Shown one piece after another: positions 9,901 to 18,998 of a stretch of DNA of 64,000 bases. This DNA comes from Oscillospiraceae bacterium. Its GTDB lineage: Bacteria > Bacillota > Clostridia > Oscillospirales > UBA929. The translations under genes and the position numbers were made by a program. The stretch lies in contig JAIRUE010000039.1 of NCBI GenBank assembly GCA_031254575.1, positions 6,793-70,792 of the forward strand. Direction: 5' to 3'. The notes beneath the pieces are model-generated. The model worked only from the letters and a program-made list of their open reading frames with translations. It did no database searches and was not told where the DNA came from. Numbering within the stretch: the stretch's first letter is position 1; each line of letters starts with the position of its first letter.

Positions 9901-11144
9901 CCCAGCAGGCTCCTGTAGACCGCCTCGTCCTCCGGTTTGCCGACGACAGACAGGCTGACCTGTGAGAAGTCGAATACCCGCGCGGCAAGTTCCAGTACTT
10001 TTTCGCGCGTTACCGCGTCAATACGGGCGATGATCTCGTCCGGTTCCAGGGTACAGCCCCAAAACAGCACGGCGTCGCCCAGCGAGCTGGAACGGCGCAC
10101 GGTGGACTCGATCGCCATGAGAGTATTGGCCTTGAGCTGTTCCCGCGCGCGCGTCAGTTCCGTTTCGGTCGGTCCCTCTTTGACAAATGTCTCCACGACC
10201 TCGCGCGTCAGTTCCAGAGCCTGTTTCTCCGTCTCCCGCCCCAGCGCGAGATAGACGCCGGCAACGCCAGTGTCGCGGTGCTTGGCGCCGTAAGAATAGA
10301 CGGAATAGCACAGGCCGTTTTCCTCCCGTACGGTCTGAAAGAGCCGCGACGACATGCCCGCGCCCAAAATCGACGTCAGCACATTGTCGGTATAGTGGAA
10401 TTCCCTGTCCCGTTTCAGGCCGGGGAAGCCCAGGCAGAGATGATTCTGCTCGATCGCCTTTTCGCAAAGCCGGAAAGCGGGCGTGTAACGGCAGGGAACC
10501 AACTCCGGGCGTTCCGACGGCGGCATGGCGGAGAGCAGTTCCTCCAGACGCGAAAGGTCTCCGTCGGAAAAATGCCCGGCCAGCGAAACAATGACGTCGC
10601 AGGGGCGGTAGTTCTCGTCTTTATAGGCCAGCATCGCCCCGGCGGTCATGCTCGCGAGAGTCTCCGGCGTTCCCAGCACGGTACCGCCCAGCGGCTGGTT
10701 TTCGTAGACCGACGCAAACAGATTCTGATATACCAAATCCTCCGGCTGGTCCTCGTACATCGCGATTTCTTCAACGATCACGCCCCGTTCCGTTTCCCAG
10801 TCCCCCTCGTCAAAGCGCGGATTGAAGAAGATGTCGCTCAGCAACCCGATTGCCGCCGGCAGGTGGCTGTCCAGCGCGTGGGCGTAAAAACAGGTGTTCT
10901 CCTTGGTGGTATAGGCGTTGACCTGCCCGCCGATCGCGTCTATTTCCGCCGCCAGTTCGGAGGCGGTGCGGGAGCGCGTGCCCTTGAACACCATGTGCTC
11001 AATGGCGTGCGATACGCCGCCCATTCCGGCGGGCTCGTGGCGGGAACCGTGCCCCACCCAAAACCCGACCGCCGCGCTGCGGACATGCTCCATACGCTCA
11101 TAGACGAGCCGCGCCCCATTGGGCAGGGTCTTCATTTCAATCAT
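9897..11144 (-). CDS. M16 (pitrilysin) family zinc peptidase
   Basis: Inverted zinc motif HAIEHMVFKGT (HxxEH). The ATG at 11144 is preceded by GGAGGC at good spacing, so the track start at 11204 is less likely. Confidence 0.85.
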   Translation of the reverse strand: MIEMKTLPNGARLVYERMEHVRSAAVGFWVGHGSRHEPAGMGGVSHAIEHMVFKGTRSRTASELAAEIDAIGGQVNAYTTKENTCFYAHALDSHLPAAIGLLSDIFFNPRFDEGDWETERGVIVEEIAMYEDQPEDLVYQNLFASVYENQPLGGTVLGTPETLASMTAGAMLAYKDENYRPCDVIVSLAGHFSDGDLSRLEELLSAMPPSERPELVPCRYTPAFRLCEKAIEQNHLCLGFPGLKRDREFHYTDNVLTSILGAGMSSRLFQTVREENGLCYSVYSYGAKHRDTGVAGVYLALGRETEKQALELTREVVETFVKEGPTETELTRAREQLKANTLMAIESTVRRSSSLGDAVLFWGCTLEPDEIIARIDAVTREKVLELAARVFDFSQVSLSVVGKPEDEAVYRSLLG

Positions 11145-11225
11145 GTTTTGCCTCCGGCGGCCGGAGAACCTTTTTATAAAAAATTCTCCGGAGTCTCCAA
11201 ACAATTTTTCATTGAATGTGCATAG

Positions 11226-11247
11226 GGGGCGATGCCCGCATCGCCCC
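11226..11247 (-). terminator. GC-rich stem-loop between pnp and the M16 peptidase gene (attenuator/terminator candidate)
   Basis: GGGGCGATG-cccg-CATCGCCCC, a perfect 9-bp stem. No clear U-tract on the transcribed strand. Confidence 0.4.
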
Positions 11248-11266
11248 GCAAATTTACTGGCCTGTG

Positions 11267-13372
11267 CTAGTCGTTGGGCACGGCGTCCTTTTTTGAGAGA
11301 TTGACGCGTCCCTTGTCGTCGGTGCCGAGGTATTTTACCCAGATCATATCCCCGACATTCACCACATCCTCCACTTTCGCCACACGGTAGTTCTCCAGCT
11401 TGGAGATGTGTACCATGCCCTCCTTACCCGGCGCGTACTCGACAAACGCGCCGATGGCGATGACACGCGTCACGCGGCCGCGGTAGGAATCGCCGACGGT
11501 CGGCTCAAAGACGATGGAATTGATGATTTTAAGCGCCCGCTCGCAGTCCGCCATGTTGATGGCGGCGATAAAGATGCGCCCGTCGTCCTCGATGTCGATC
11601 TTGCAGCCGGTGTCGGCGACGATCTTCTGTATCACGCTGCCGCCCTTGCCGATGACCTCGCGGATCTTCTCCGGATCGATTTGTATCTGGATCATCTTCG
11701 GAGCATAGGGAGACAACTCGTCGCGCGGCTTCGCTATACACGGCAGCATAACCTCGTCAAGGATCTGCAGGCGGCCCCTGCGCGTGATTTCAAGGGCGCT
11801 CTTAATGATTTCCGGCGTCAGGCCGTCAATTTTAAGGTCCATTTGAATGGCGGTGATGCCGTCTTTGGTTCCGGCCACCTTAAAGTCCATGTCGCCGTAA
11901 AAATCTTCGACCCCCTGAATGTCGATAAACGTCATCCAGCGCTCGCCCTCGGTGATCAGGCCGCAGGAGATGCCCGCGACCGGGGCCTTGATCGGCACGC
12001 CCGCATCCATCAGCGCCAGAGTGGAACCGCAGATGCTGGCCTGCGACGTGGAGCCGTTGGACGACAGGATCTCGCTGACAAGGCGGATACAGTAGGGAAA
12101 CTCGCTCTCGGACGGGATCATCGGCTCAAGGGCCCGCTCGGCCAGCGCCCCGTGCCCGATCTCGCGCCGCCCGGGGCTGCGGGAGGGACGGGCCTCGCCC
12201 ACAGAGTACGACGGGAAATTGTAGTGGTGCATATAGCGCTTGTATTCGTCGTCAAAGATGTTGTCCAGCTTCTGCTGGTCGGAAATGGTGCCCAGCGTGC
12301 AGATGGTCAGCGCCTGGGTCTGCCCGCGGGTAAACATGCCGGAGCCGTGGGCGCGGGGCAGCAGCCCCACCCGGGCGTCGAGGGGGCGGATGTCCATCAT
12401 GCCGCGCCCATCCACGCGCTTCTGCTCGTCCAGCAGCCACCGGCGCACAACTATTTTTTGCAGTCTGTACAGCACTTCTCCCAAATCAGTGTCCAGTGTC
12501 GGGAAGCGCTCGGCAAGCTGTTCCGCGATTTTGCCGCGCAGTTCCTTCAACCGCGCCTCGCGGACGTTTTTGTTGTCGGTGTCGAGACAATGCCGCAAAT
12601 CGTCCATAACGGAACCTTTGAGCGTCTCATACAGATCATCGTTAAAATACGCCTTGACATAGGCGAACTTAGGCTTGCCGATTTCGTCCCGGATGCCCCG
12701 GATGAACGCGCAGAGCATTTTGATCTCCTCATGCGCCTTCATAATGGCGTCAAACATCATGTCGTCGGGCACTTCGTCCGCGCCGGCTTCAATCATCACG
12801 ACCTTTTCCGCCGTACCCGCGACGGTGAGCTGCAAGGTAGATTTTTCGCGTTCGGCGGTGGTGGGGTTCATCACGATTTGTCCGTCCACCAATCCGACCG
12901 CGATGCCCGCGATGGGACCCTCCCACGGAATATCGGAAACCGACAGCGCGATCGACGCGCCCAGCATGGCGGGAACTTCCGGGGCGCAGTCTGGTTCGAG
13001 ACTCATGACGGTCGCCGCGATGGCGACGTCATTGCGCATGTCGGAAGGAAAGAGCGGACGGATGGGGCGGTCGATCAGGCGCGACGCCAGCACCGCCTTT
13101 TCGCTGGGGCGGCCCTCGCGGCGCAGGAAAGAACCGGGGATGCGCCCGACGGAATACAGACGCTCCTCAAAATCGACCGACAGCGGAAAATAGTCGATGC
13201 CCGCGCGCGGCTGCGCCGCCGCCGTGGCGGTAACCAAAACCGAGGTGTCGCCGTAACGCACCATACAGGCTCCGCCCGCAAGTTCCGCCATCATCCCGGT
13301 TTCAACGCGCAGAAGACGGCCTGCCATCGTGGTCTCAAAGACCCTGAAGGCGGGAAATTTTCTTTTTGTCAT
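11267..13372 (-). CDS. pnp: Polyribonucleotide nucleotidyltransferase (PNPase)
   Basis: 701 aa with two RNase PH-like halves, then KH (IREVIGKGGSVIQKI) and S1 (GRVTRVIAIGAFVEYAPGKEGMVHISKL) domains. Conserved rpsO-pnp synteny. Confidence 0.95.
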   Translation of the reverse strand: MTKRKFPAFRVFETTMAGRLLRVETGMMAELAGGACMVRYGDTSVLVTATAAAQPRAGIDYFPLSVDFEERLYSVGRIPGSFLRREGRPSEKAVLASRLIDRPIRPLFPSDMRNDVAIAATVMSLEPDCAPEVPAMLGASIALSVSDIPWEGPIAGIAVGLVDGQIVMNPTTAEREKSTLQLTVAGTAEKVVMIEAGADEVPDDMMFDAIMKAHEEIKMLCAFIRGIRDEIGKPKFAYVKAYFNDDLYETLKGSVMDDLRHCLDTDNKNVREARLKELRGKIAEQLAERFPTLDTDLGEVLYRLQKIVVRRWLLDEQKRVDGRGMMDIRPLDARVGLLPRAHGSGMFTRGQTQALTICTLGTISDQQKLDNIFDDEYKRYMHHYNFPSYSVGEARPSRSPGRREIGHGALAERALEPMIPSESEFPYCIRLVSEILSSNGSTSQASICGSTLALMDAGVPIKAPVAGISCGLITEGERWMTFIDIQGVEDFYGDMDFKVAGTKDGITAIQMDLKIDGLTPEIIKSALEITRRGRLQILDEVMLPCIAKPRDELSPYAPKMIQIQIDPEKIREVIGKGGSVIQKIVADTGCKIDIEDDGRIFIAAINMADCERALKIINSIVFEPTVGDSYRGRVTRVIAIGAFVEYAPGKEGMVHISKLENYRVAKVEDVVNVGDMIWVKYLGTDDKGRVNLSKKDAVPND

Positions 13373-13403
13373 TTCATTAGTCCTACTTTCTTCATACCAT
13401 GCC

Positions 13404-13420
13404 TCCCGCCGCTGGCGGGA
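13404..13420 (-). terminator. rpsO-pnp intergenic hairpin (attenuator/processing site candidate)
   Basis: TCCCGC-cgctg-GCGGGA stem located immediately after the rpsO stop. Confidence 0.35.
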
Positions 13421-13425
13421 AGCGG

Positions 13426-13692
13426 TTATTTACGCAGTCCCAGTTTGGCGATCAGCGCCCTGTAACGCTCGATGTCCTTCTTCTGCAGATAATCTAGCAG
13501 ACTGCGGCGCTGCCCAACCATTTTAAGCAGCCCGCGGCGGGAGTGCTTATCCTTTTTGTGGATCTTCAAATGCTCCGTGAGTTGGCTGATGCGTTCGGTG
13601 AGGATGGCGACCTGCACCTCCGGCGAGCCGGTATCGGTCTCATGCAGGCGGTTTTTTTCGATGACGCCGGTCTTTTGCTCCTTGAGCAGCAT
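13426..13692 (-). CDS. rpsO: 30S ribosomal protein S15
   Basis: ..[49 protein letters not shown].. is canonical S15. Confidence 0.95.
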   Translation of the reverse strand: MLLKEQKTGVIEKNRLHETDTGSPEVQVAILTERISQLTEHLKIHKKDKHSRRGLLKMVGQRRSLLDYLQKKDIERYRALIAKLGLRK

Positions 13693-13876
13693 GACATTTC
13701 ACCTTTCTTTTTTGTCGGGTCCCGCAATACCCGGTCGTCCGGGCCGCCTCCGCTTCAGCGCCCTGGTTCCCCGCGGGCTTGCTTTACCCTTCTCAATTTT
13801 CCCGCGGCGCGGCGTATGGGGCCGGTGAACCGCCAAACATAGCGCCGGGGTCATATTGGCACGGCTTTACGCGCGT
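13693..13876 (-). promoter_or_regulatory. Long GC-rich 5' leader of rpsO (candidate S15 autoregulatory leader)
   Basis: The distance from the predicted -10 (13883-13888) to the ATG is about 185 nt. The leader is GC-rich with several complementary segments. Confidence 0.35.
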
Positions 13877-13882
13877 GACGGT

Positions 13883-13911
13883 ATTGTATCACGCGTTCAT
13901 ACCGTTGTAAA
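13883..13911 (-). promoter_or_regulatory. sigma-70-type promoter of rpsO
   Basis: On the minus strand: TTTACA (13911-13906), 17-nt spacer, TGaTACAAT extended -10 (TACAAT = 13888-13883). Confidence 0.55.
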
Positions 13912-14047
13912 GGACTTTTTTCACCCGGGAGCGGATAAAAGCACTGACTGGAAAAAATCCAAAGGTGAAAATGCCCGGTGATGAAACGGCAAAACGGGCG
14001 GAACGATTTTGCCACGCCCGTCTTTGCCGGCGTTCAAAAATAACACC

Positions 14048-14082
14048 TTGAATATTTCACAAATCTGAAGTATGATATTCAA
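14048..14082 (+). promoter_or_regulatory. sigma-70-type promoter with overlapping inverted repeat upstream of the HTH gene
   Basis: TTGAAT (14048-14053), 17-nt spacer, TATGAT (14071-14076). Inverted repeat TTGAATAT (14048-14055) / ATATTCAA (14075-14082). Confidence 0.5.
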
Positions 14083-14099
14083 AAAGGCGGTGAAGCCGG

Positions 14100-14306
14100 A
14101 TGGACGTTAAGTTTACCGATTATAAGCGGGTAAATGAAACGGGGAGCGAATGGGGCGTAACAACACGTATGGTAATTCTGTATTGTACAGCGGGGCGCAT
14201 CCCCGGCGCGTTAAAATCAGGCGGCATTTGGTTCATCCCGCGAGACGCAAAAAAGCCGGAGGACGGACGCAGGAATAACCGCCGTCAGCCTAAAAAAACA
14301 GAGTAA
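14100..14306 (+). CDS. Small helix-turn-helix DNA-binding protein (MerR/excisionase-like)
   Basis: 68 aa. ..ETGSEWGVTTRMVILYCTAGRIPGALKSGGIWFIPRDAKKP.. is a typical HTH followed by a W-x-IP wing and a basic tail. Confidence 0.65.
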   Translation: MDVKFTDYKRVNETGSEWGVTTRMVILYCTAGRIPGALKSGGIWFIPRDAKKPEDGRRNNRRQPKKTE

Positions 14307-14345
14307 AAGGAGTGACGCAAACTGGAACGCATTAAAAAAATAGCA

Positions 14346-15203
14346 TTGCGCTTGCTGCACCCCGTTACAACGCTGACGGTTTTACTGCCGATACTCTGTA
14401 CGATAGCGTTAATATGTCTATTTATTTTTAATCAACAAGAAACAATATTCGCTTATATTGTTTACGGTATTTCCACTTACTCCTTTGTTATATTAATATT
14501 GGGTTTCTTTGATATGACGGCAAAAATAAAGTTTCTCATTCAAAAAAACAAACTTGGCAACCGCTATATGACGGACATTCCATTTCAGGTAAAAATTTCT
14601 TTGTACGCATCGCTGACATTAAATCTGATATACGCCGTTATCAAGCTGATTGCCGGAATCCATTACGCTTCTTTTTGGTACGGCGCTGACGCCCTATATT
14701 ATATTGTTCTCAGCGCGGCGCGGGTTCTGCTCACACGTCATGTACAGACAAGAGAGAGTGACTTGGCAACAGAATACCGGCGTTACCGTTTATGCGGTGT
14801 CCTGCTGTTTGCATTGAACGCCGCTTTGACCGGCGTGGTTTTTCAAATCATCAATCAAAACATGGGTTATCAATACCCCGGGCTTTTGATTTACGCGGTA
14901 GCGGCATATACCTTTATCAGCCTGACGGTCGCCATTGTAAATGTGGTGAAATATCACAAGCTGCACAGCCCCGTGTTTTCCGCCGTCAAGATAATCAGTC
15001 TTGCCAAAGCGTTAGTCGCGATGTTCGCGTTACAGTCAGCTATGTTTGCCTCTTTCGGTGGTGATAGCCAAACTCTTGAGCGCGTAATGAACAGTATATT
15101 CGGCGGCCTTGTGTGTATGTCAATCTTTGCTATGGCGGTGATGATGGTCGTAAATGCAAACGACAAGCTGAGAAAACTTCGCATTAATATTTCTGAAACA
15201 TAA
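14346..15203 (+). CDS. Integral membrane protein, unknown function (about 6 TM)
   Basis: AT-rich ORF with regularly spaced hydrophobic helices. The start is uncertain: TTG at 14346, or in-frame CTG at 14322 after the AAGGAG at about 14296. Confidence 0.55.
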   Translation: MRLLHPVTTLTVLLPILCTIALICLFIFNQQETIFAYIVYGISTYSFVILILGFFDMTAKIKFLIQKNKLGNRYMTDIPFQVKISLYASLTLNLIYAVIKLIAGIHYASFWYGADALYYIVLSAARVLLTRHVQTRESDLATEYRRYRLCGVLLFALNAALTGVVFQIINQNMGYQYPGLLIYAVAAYTFISLTVAIVNVVKYHKLHSPVFSAVKIISLAKALVAMFALQSAMFASFGGDSQTLERVMNSIFGGLVCMSIFAMAVMMVVNANDKLRKLRINISET

Positions 15204-15281
15204 CTCAAACAATTCGCAAATAGTTTAGCTATATGCTATGGAAGAACGGACGTAACGCACCGCGTAAAGGAGGTTTTTATT

Positions 15282-15953
15282 ATGATAAATATTCTTGTGG
15301 TGGAGGACGATACCAGGCTCAACCAGCTTGTTTGCACTTACCTGAACAACAACGGGTACGCCGCCAAAGGCTGCCTGAATCCCCGCGAAGCCTACGATGT
15401 GATGTACAACTCCCTGTCCGACCTGATTATCACCGACATTATGATGCCGGAAATTGACGGGTTCGAGTTCGCGGAAACCGTGCGCGGCCTGAACAAGACC
15501 ATTCCCATCCTGTTTATGAGCGCCCGTGACGATATGGACTCCATGAAAAAGGGGTTCCGTATCGGCATTGACGATTACATGGTCAAGCCTATCAAACTGG
15601 ACGAATTGGTTTTGCGGATCGGCGCGCTGCTGCGGCGGGCGAATATCGCCAACGAAAAGAAACTGACCGTCGGCGTCCTTGTGATGAACGCCGATGAAAT
15701 GAGCGTCACGCTGGACGGCGAGGAAATCCCCGTGACCTTGCGGGAGTTCAACATCCTGTTCAAACTGCTGTCTTACCCCAAAAAGACGTTCTCGCGCCAA
15801 CAGCTTATGGACGAGTTTTGGGACGCGGACAACGACACAACCCTCCGCGCGGTGGACGTCTATATCAACAAACTGCGCGATAAGTTTTCCGGGTGCGGGG
15901 CGTTCAAAATCGTCACCGTTCACGGGTTGGGTTATAAGGCGGTGTTGACATGA
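15282..15953 (+). CDS. OmpR/PhoB-family response regulator
   Basis: Receiver (ILVVEDD, LIITDIMMPEIDG, MVKP) plus winged-helix output (LTLREFNILFKLLSYPKKTFSRQQL.., VHGLGYK). RBS AAAGGAGG. Confidence 0.9.
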   Translation: MINILVVEDDTRLNQLVCTYLNNNGYAAKGCLNPREAYDVMYNSLSDLIITDIMMPEIDGFEFAETVRGLNKTIPILFMSARDDMDSMKKGFRIGIDDYMVKPIKLDELVLRIGALLRRANIANEKKLTVGVLVMNADEMSVTLDGEEIPVTLREFNILFKLLSYPKKTFSRQQLMDEFWDADNDTTLRAVDVYINKLRDKFSGCGAFKIVTVHGLGYKAVLT

Positions 15954-17023
15954 GGAATCGCAAAAAAGAAACGGACAGCCGTATCAAAGTTAGAAGTAAC
16001 CAATGGCTTGAATCCATTATTACCTTTTCGGTGCTAATGGTTCTCTCCGGGGGACAGGCCATGATACTGGCCGAGTACATGGGTTTTGAAAGCGCGATGC
16101 CCGTTGAGTATATTTTGGGAAGCATCGGGTATTGGGCGTTGGTCACGGCGGCGTTTACTCTGGTAACGCGTTATCAGGTGAAAAAGCGGTTTGATAATCC
16201 AGTACGGCGGCTCAGCCAGGCGGCAAAGGATGTGGCGAGCGGCGATTTTTCCGTAATCATGGAGCCAACCCATACCCCTGACAAGTTTAACTACATGGAT
16301 GTGATGTTTGAGGATTTTAATACGATGGTGGAGGAACTTGGCAGCATCGAAACCCTGAAAAATGACTTTATCGCCAACGTGTCCCACGAGATAAAAACGC
16401 CGCTTTCCGTCATTCAGAACTACGCGGCGCTGATGAAGGACGCCAAACTGACGCCCGAAAAGCGGGACGAATACGCGGACACGATCATAAACGCGTCCAT
16501 GCGGCTGAACTCGCTGGTATCGAACATATTGAAGCTCAATAAGCTGGAGAATACCGAGATACAGGCCGCCGCCGAAGATTACGACCTGTGCCGTCAGCTC
16601 TGCGATTGCGCCCTCACCTTTGAGGAACTGTGGGAGGAAAAGAATATAGAGTTTAAGGTGGATATTGAGGATCGCGCCGTCATCCGCGCCGACAGGGAAA
16701 TGCTTGCAATCGTGTGGCGCAATCTGTTCTCAAACGCGCTCAAATTTACCGGACCGGGCGGGACGGTCACGCTCAAACAGACATCCGGCGCTGATACCGT
16801 CACCGTCACGGTCAGCGATACCGGCTGCGGCATGAGCGAGGACGTGCTGAAACACATATTTGACAAGTTCTATCAGGGCGACACCTCTCACTCACAGGAG
16901 GGTAACGGTTTGGGGCTTGCGCTCACATTGCGCGTCATCGAGCTTGTGGGCGGCTCCGTTTCGGTCAGGAGCGAACCGGGCAAAGGCGCGGCCTTTACCG
17001 TTTGCCTAAAAACCGCGCCATAA
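15950..17023 (+). CDS. Sensor histidine kinase (2 TM, HAMP, HisKA, HATPase_c)
   Basis: H-box FIANVSHEIKTPLS, N-box NLFSNALKFT, G-boxes DTGCGM and GNGLGLAL. ATGA overlap with the regulator gene. Confidence 0.9.
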   Translation: MRNRKKETDSRIKVRSNQWLESIITFSVLMVLSGGQAMILAEYMGFESAMPVEYILGSIGYWALVTAAFTLVTRYQVKKRFDNPVRRLSQAAKDVASGDFSVIMEPTHTPDKFNYMDVMFEDFNTMVEELGSIETLKNDFIANVSHEIKTPLSVIQNYAALMKDAKLTPEKRDEYADTIINASMRLNSLVSNILKLNKLENTEIQAAAEDYDLCRQLCDCALTFEELWEEKNIEFKVDIEDRAVIRADREMLAIVWRNLFSNALKFTGPGGTVTLKQTSGADTVTVTVSDTGCGMSEDVLKHIFDKFYQGDTSHSQEGNGLGLALTLRVIELVGGSVSVRSEPGKGAAFTVCLKTAP

Positions 17024-17049
17024 GTGAAGCAATAACGAATAACAAAGCA

Positions 17050-17077
17050 GCCTGCCGAAATCGGCAGGCCGCTTTTT
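17050..17077 (+). terminator. Rho-independent terminator after the kinase gene
   Basis: GCCTGCCGA-aa-TCGGCAGGC stem followed by CGCTTTTT. Confidence 0.7.
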
Positions 17078-17177
17078 CGCATTAACATTTCTCTAACAAA
17101 TCTCAAACATTTTCTAAACAACTGAGGTCTACCATGTGAGCGGTCGGCACAAAAAATCATACCGCAAGGAGGAAATT

Positions 17178-18083
17178 ATGAACGCGATTGAAACCAAAGG
17201 ATTGTCCAAAGCCTTTCACAGCATCAGCGCCGTGCAAGACTTGACCCTGACCGTACCCGAAGGTTCGATTTACGGCTTCATTGGCGAAAACGGCTCCGGC
17301 AAATCCACAACGGAAAAACTGATCTGCGGCCTTTTAGTTCCCAGCGGCGGTGACATCCGCTTGTACGGCAGGCACTACACAGACGCCGGGGTGCGCGCCC
17401 GGATGGGCGTACTGATTGAAAACCCCGGTTGTTTTCCAAACAGCACGGTCTATCAAAATCTGATGATGCAAGCCTTAAATCTTGACATCAAACATCCAAG
17501 AGCGGAAGTGGAACGCGTTTTGAAACTCGTCAGCATGGCGGGCGCGGCCGGACGCAAATTCAAACAGTGTTCTCTCGGCATGAAACAGCGGCTCGGCGTC
17601 GCTCAATCGCTGCTCGGCAGGCCGAGGATGCTAATTTTAGACGAGCCGATCAACGGGCTGGACGCGGACGGCATGAGGATCGTCCGGGAGACCCTGATCG
17701 AGCTGAACCGCGAGGACGGCGTGACCATTCTTATCAGCTCTCATATTCTCGGTGAGCTTTCAAAAATCGCCACGCATTACGGGATTATCCGAAACGGGAC
17801 GCTGATAAAAGAGATGCAGGCAAACGAAATGAGCGAAGAGTGCCGCGACTTTGTTTTTCTCAAAACGGCAAACGACGGAGGCGCCCTTGCCGTTTTACGG
17901 CAAAAATACCATGAGCTTGAACAAAAGGACGGCGGAATCCGCATTTACAACGAAGCGGAAAGCTCCAATGTAAACAGCCTGATGTACGCGAACGGAATCC
18001 CTGTCAATGAGATCAGTTTTCAGAAGATCGGGCTCGAGGAATATTATCTGCGTGTGATGTCACGCAATAAGGAGGACAAATAA
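17178..18083 (+). CDS. ABC transporter ATP-binding protein (BcrA-like)
   Basis: Walker A GENGSGKST, signature CSLGMKQRLGVAQ, Walker B ILDEP. The ATG at 17178 is preceded by AAGGAGG, so the track GTG at 17136 is less likely. Confidence 0.85.
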   Translation: MNAIETKGLSKAFHSISAVQDLTLTVPEGSIYGFIGENGSGKSTTEKLICGLLVPSGGDIRLYGRHYTDAGVRARMGVLIENPGCFPNSTVYQNLMMQALNLDIKHPRAEVERVLKLVSMAGAAGRKFKQCSLGMKQRLGVAQSLLGRPRMLILDEPINGLDADGMRIVRETLIELNREDGVTILISSHILGELSKIATHYGIIRNGTLIKEMQANEMSEECRDFVFLKTANDGGALAVLRQKYHELEQKDGGIRIYNEAESSNVNSLMYANGIPVNEISFQKIGLEEYYLRVMSRNKEDK

Positions 18084-18084
18084 C

Positions 18085-18906
18085 ATGACTGGAACTATGG
18101 TTAGCAAAGAAACCTTTGAATCTCCGGCTTTCTCAAACCGCGTAAGCTCAATGCTTAAACTCGACTTTTACAGGCTGTTCCATACCCCGGCTTTTTTCAT
18201 CATGCTTATAATTGCCGCCATTATCCCCGCAATGGTTCTCTCCTTATCGGGCGCGGATATGAGCCCGCCGCTTTCTAATTCGGAACACGCCGTCAATACG
18301 CCGCAAATGGCCATGCCGGAATTTGAAAACACTTGGCAGTTAATCGAGTCAACAGGCGGCTCCGCCGTCGCGGAAAACCCGCTTGACTTTGCCGGATTCG
18401 CAAATATCAATATGCTGTTTATCTTCGCCGGTTTGCTGATGGCGATCTTCGTCGCGCATGATTACAGCTCGGGCTTTGTCAAAAGCATTTTCACCGCTCA
18501 TTCCAAAAAGATAGACTACGTACTCTCAAAAAGCGCGGTCGGGATTTTCGGCGGCGCGGGAATGATCGTTACCTACGTTTTCGGAACGGTAATCGCGGGA
18601 CTGTTTACCGGCAAAGCGTTTGACGTAAATGTGAGCGGCCTGATTTTCTGCCTGATTTCCAAATTATTCTTAATGGGCGTATTCTGTTCGCTGTTTTTGG
18701 GGATAGCCGTGTTTTTCAGAAACAGGCTTTGGCTCACGATCGTTTTCACGTTTCTGTTCGGTATGATGTTTTATCCGGCGGCAAGCGTCGCCACGCTCAA
18801 TTCAACAATAATCACAGTGTTTCTCACGCTGATAGCCGGCGTAATCGGTGCAATCGCGTTCGGCGCGGTTTCAACGCTTATCCTTAAAAAACGCGATTTG
18901 GCATGA
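18085..18906 (+). CDS. ABC-2 type transporter permease (BcrB-like)
   Basis: Six-TM membrane protein starting 1 nt after the ATPase stop. RBS AAGGAGG. Confidence 0.7.
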   Translation: MTGTMVSKETFESPAFSNRVSSMLKLDFYRLFHTPAFFIMLIIAAIIPAMVLSLSGADMSPPLSNSEHAVNTPQMAMPEFENTWQLIESTGGSAVAENPLDFAGFANINMLFIFAGLLMAIFVAHDYSSGFVKSIFTAHSKKIDYVLSKSAVGIFGGAGMIVTYVFGTVIAGLFTGKAFDVNVSGLIFCLISKLFLMGVFCSLFLGIAVFFRNRLWLTIVFTFLFGMMFYPAASVATLNSTIITVFLTLIAGVIGAIAFGAVSTLILKKRDLA

Positions 18907-18998
18907 TTCATTCGCTTTCACTTTTCTATGAAAAGGCGCATAGTTTGTTGGATTAACTGCCAGACAGCAACTATCAAAAAATAAGTGGAGGTAATATC

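Noticed and set aside
10278-11225. 315-aa plus-strand ORF
   Set aside because: It is antisense to the M16 peptidase (HxxEH motif on the other strand), so it is a shadow ORF.
11408-13465. 685-aa ORF on the plus strand
   Set aside because: It is entirely antisense to pnp and rpsO, which are certain. The product is Arg/Gly/His-rich low-complexity sequence with no recognisable domain.
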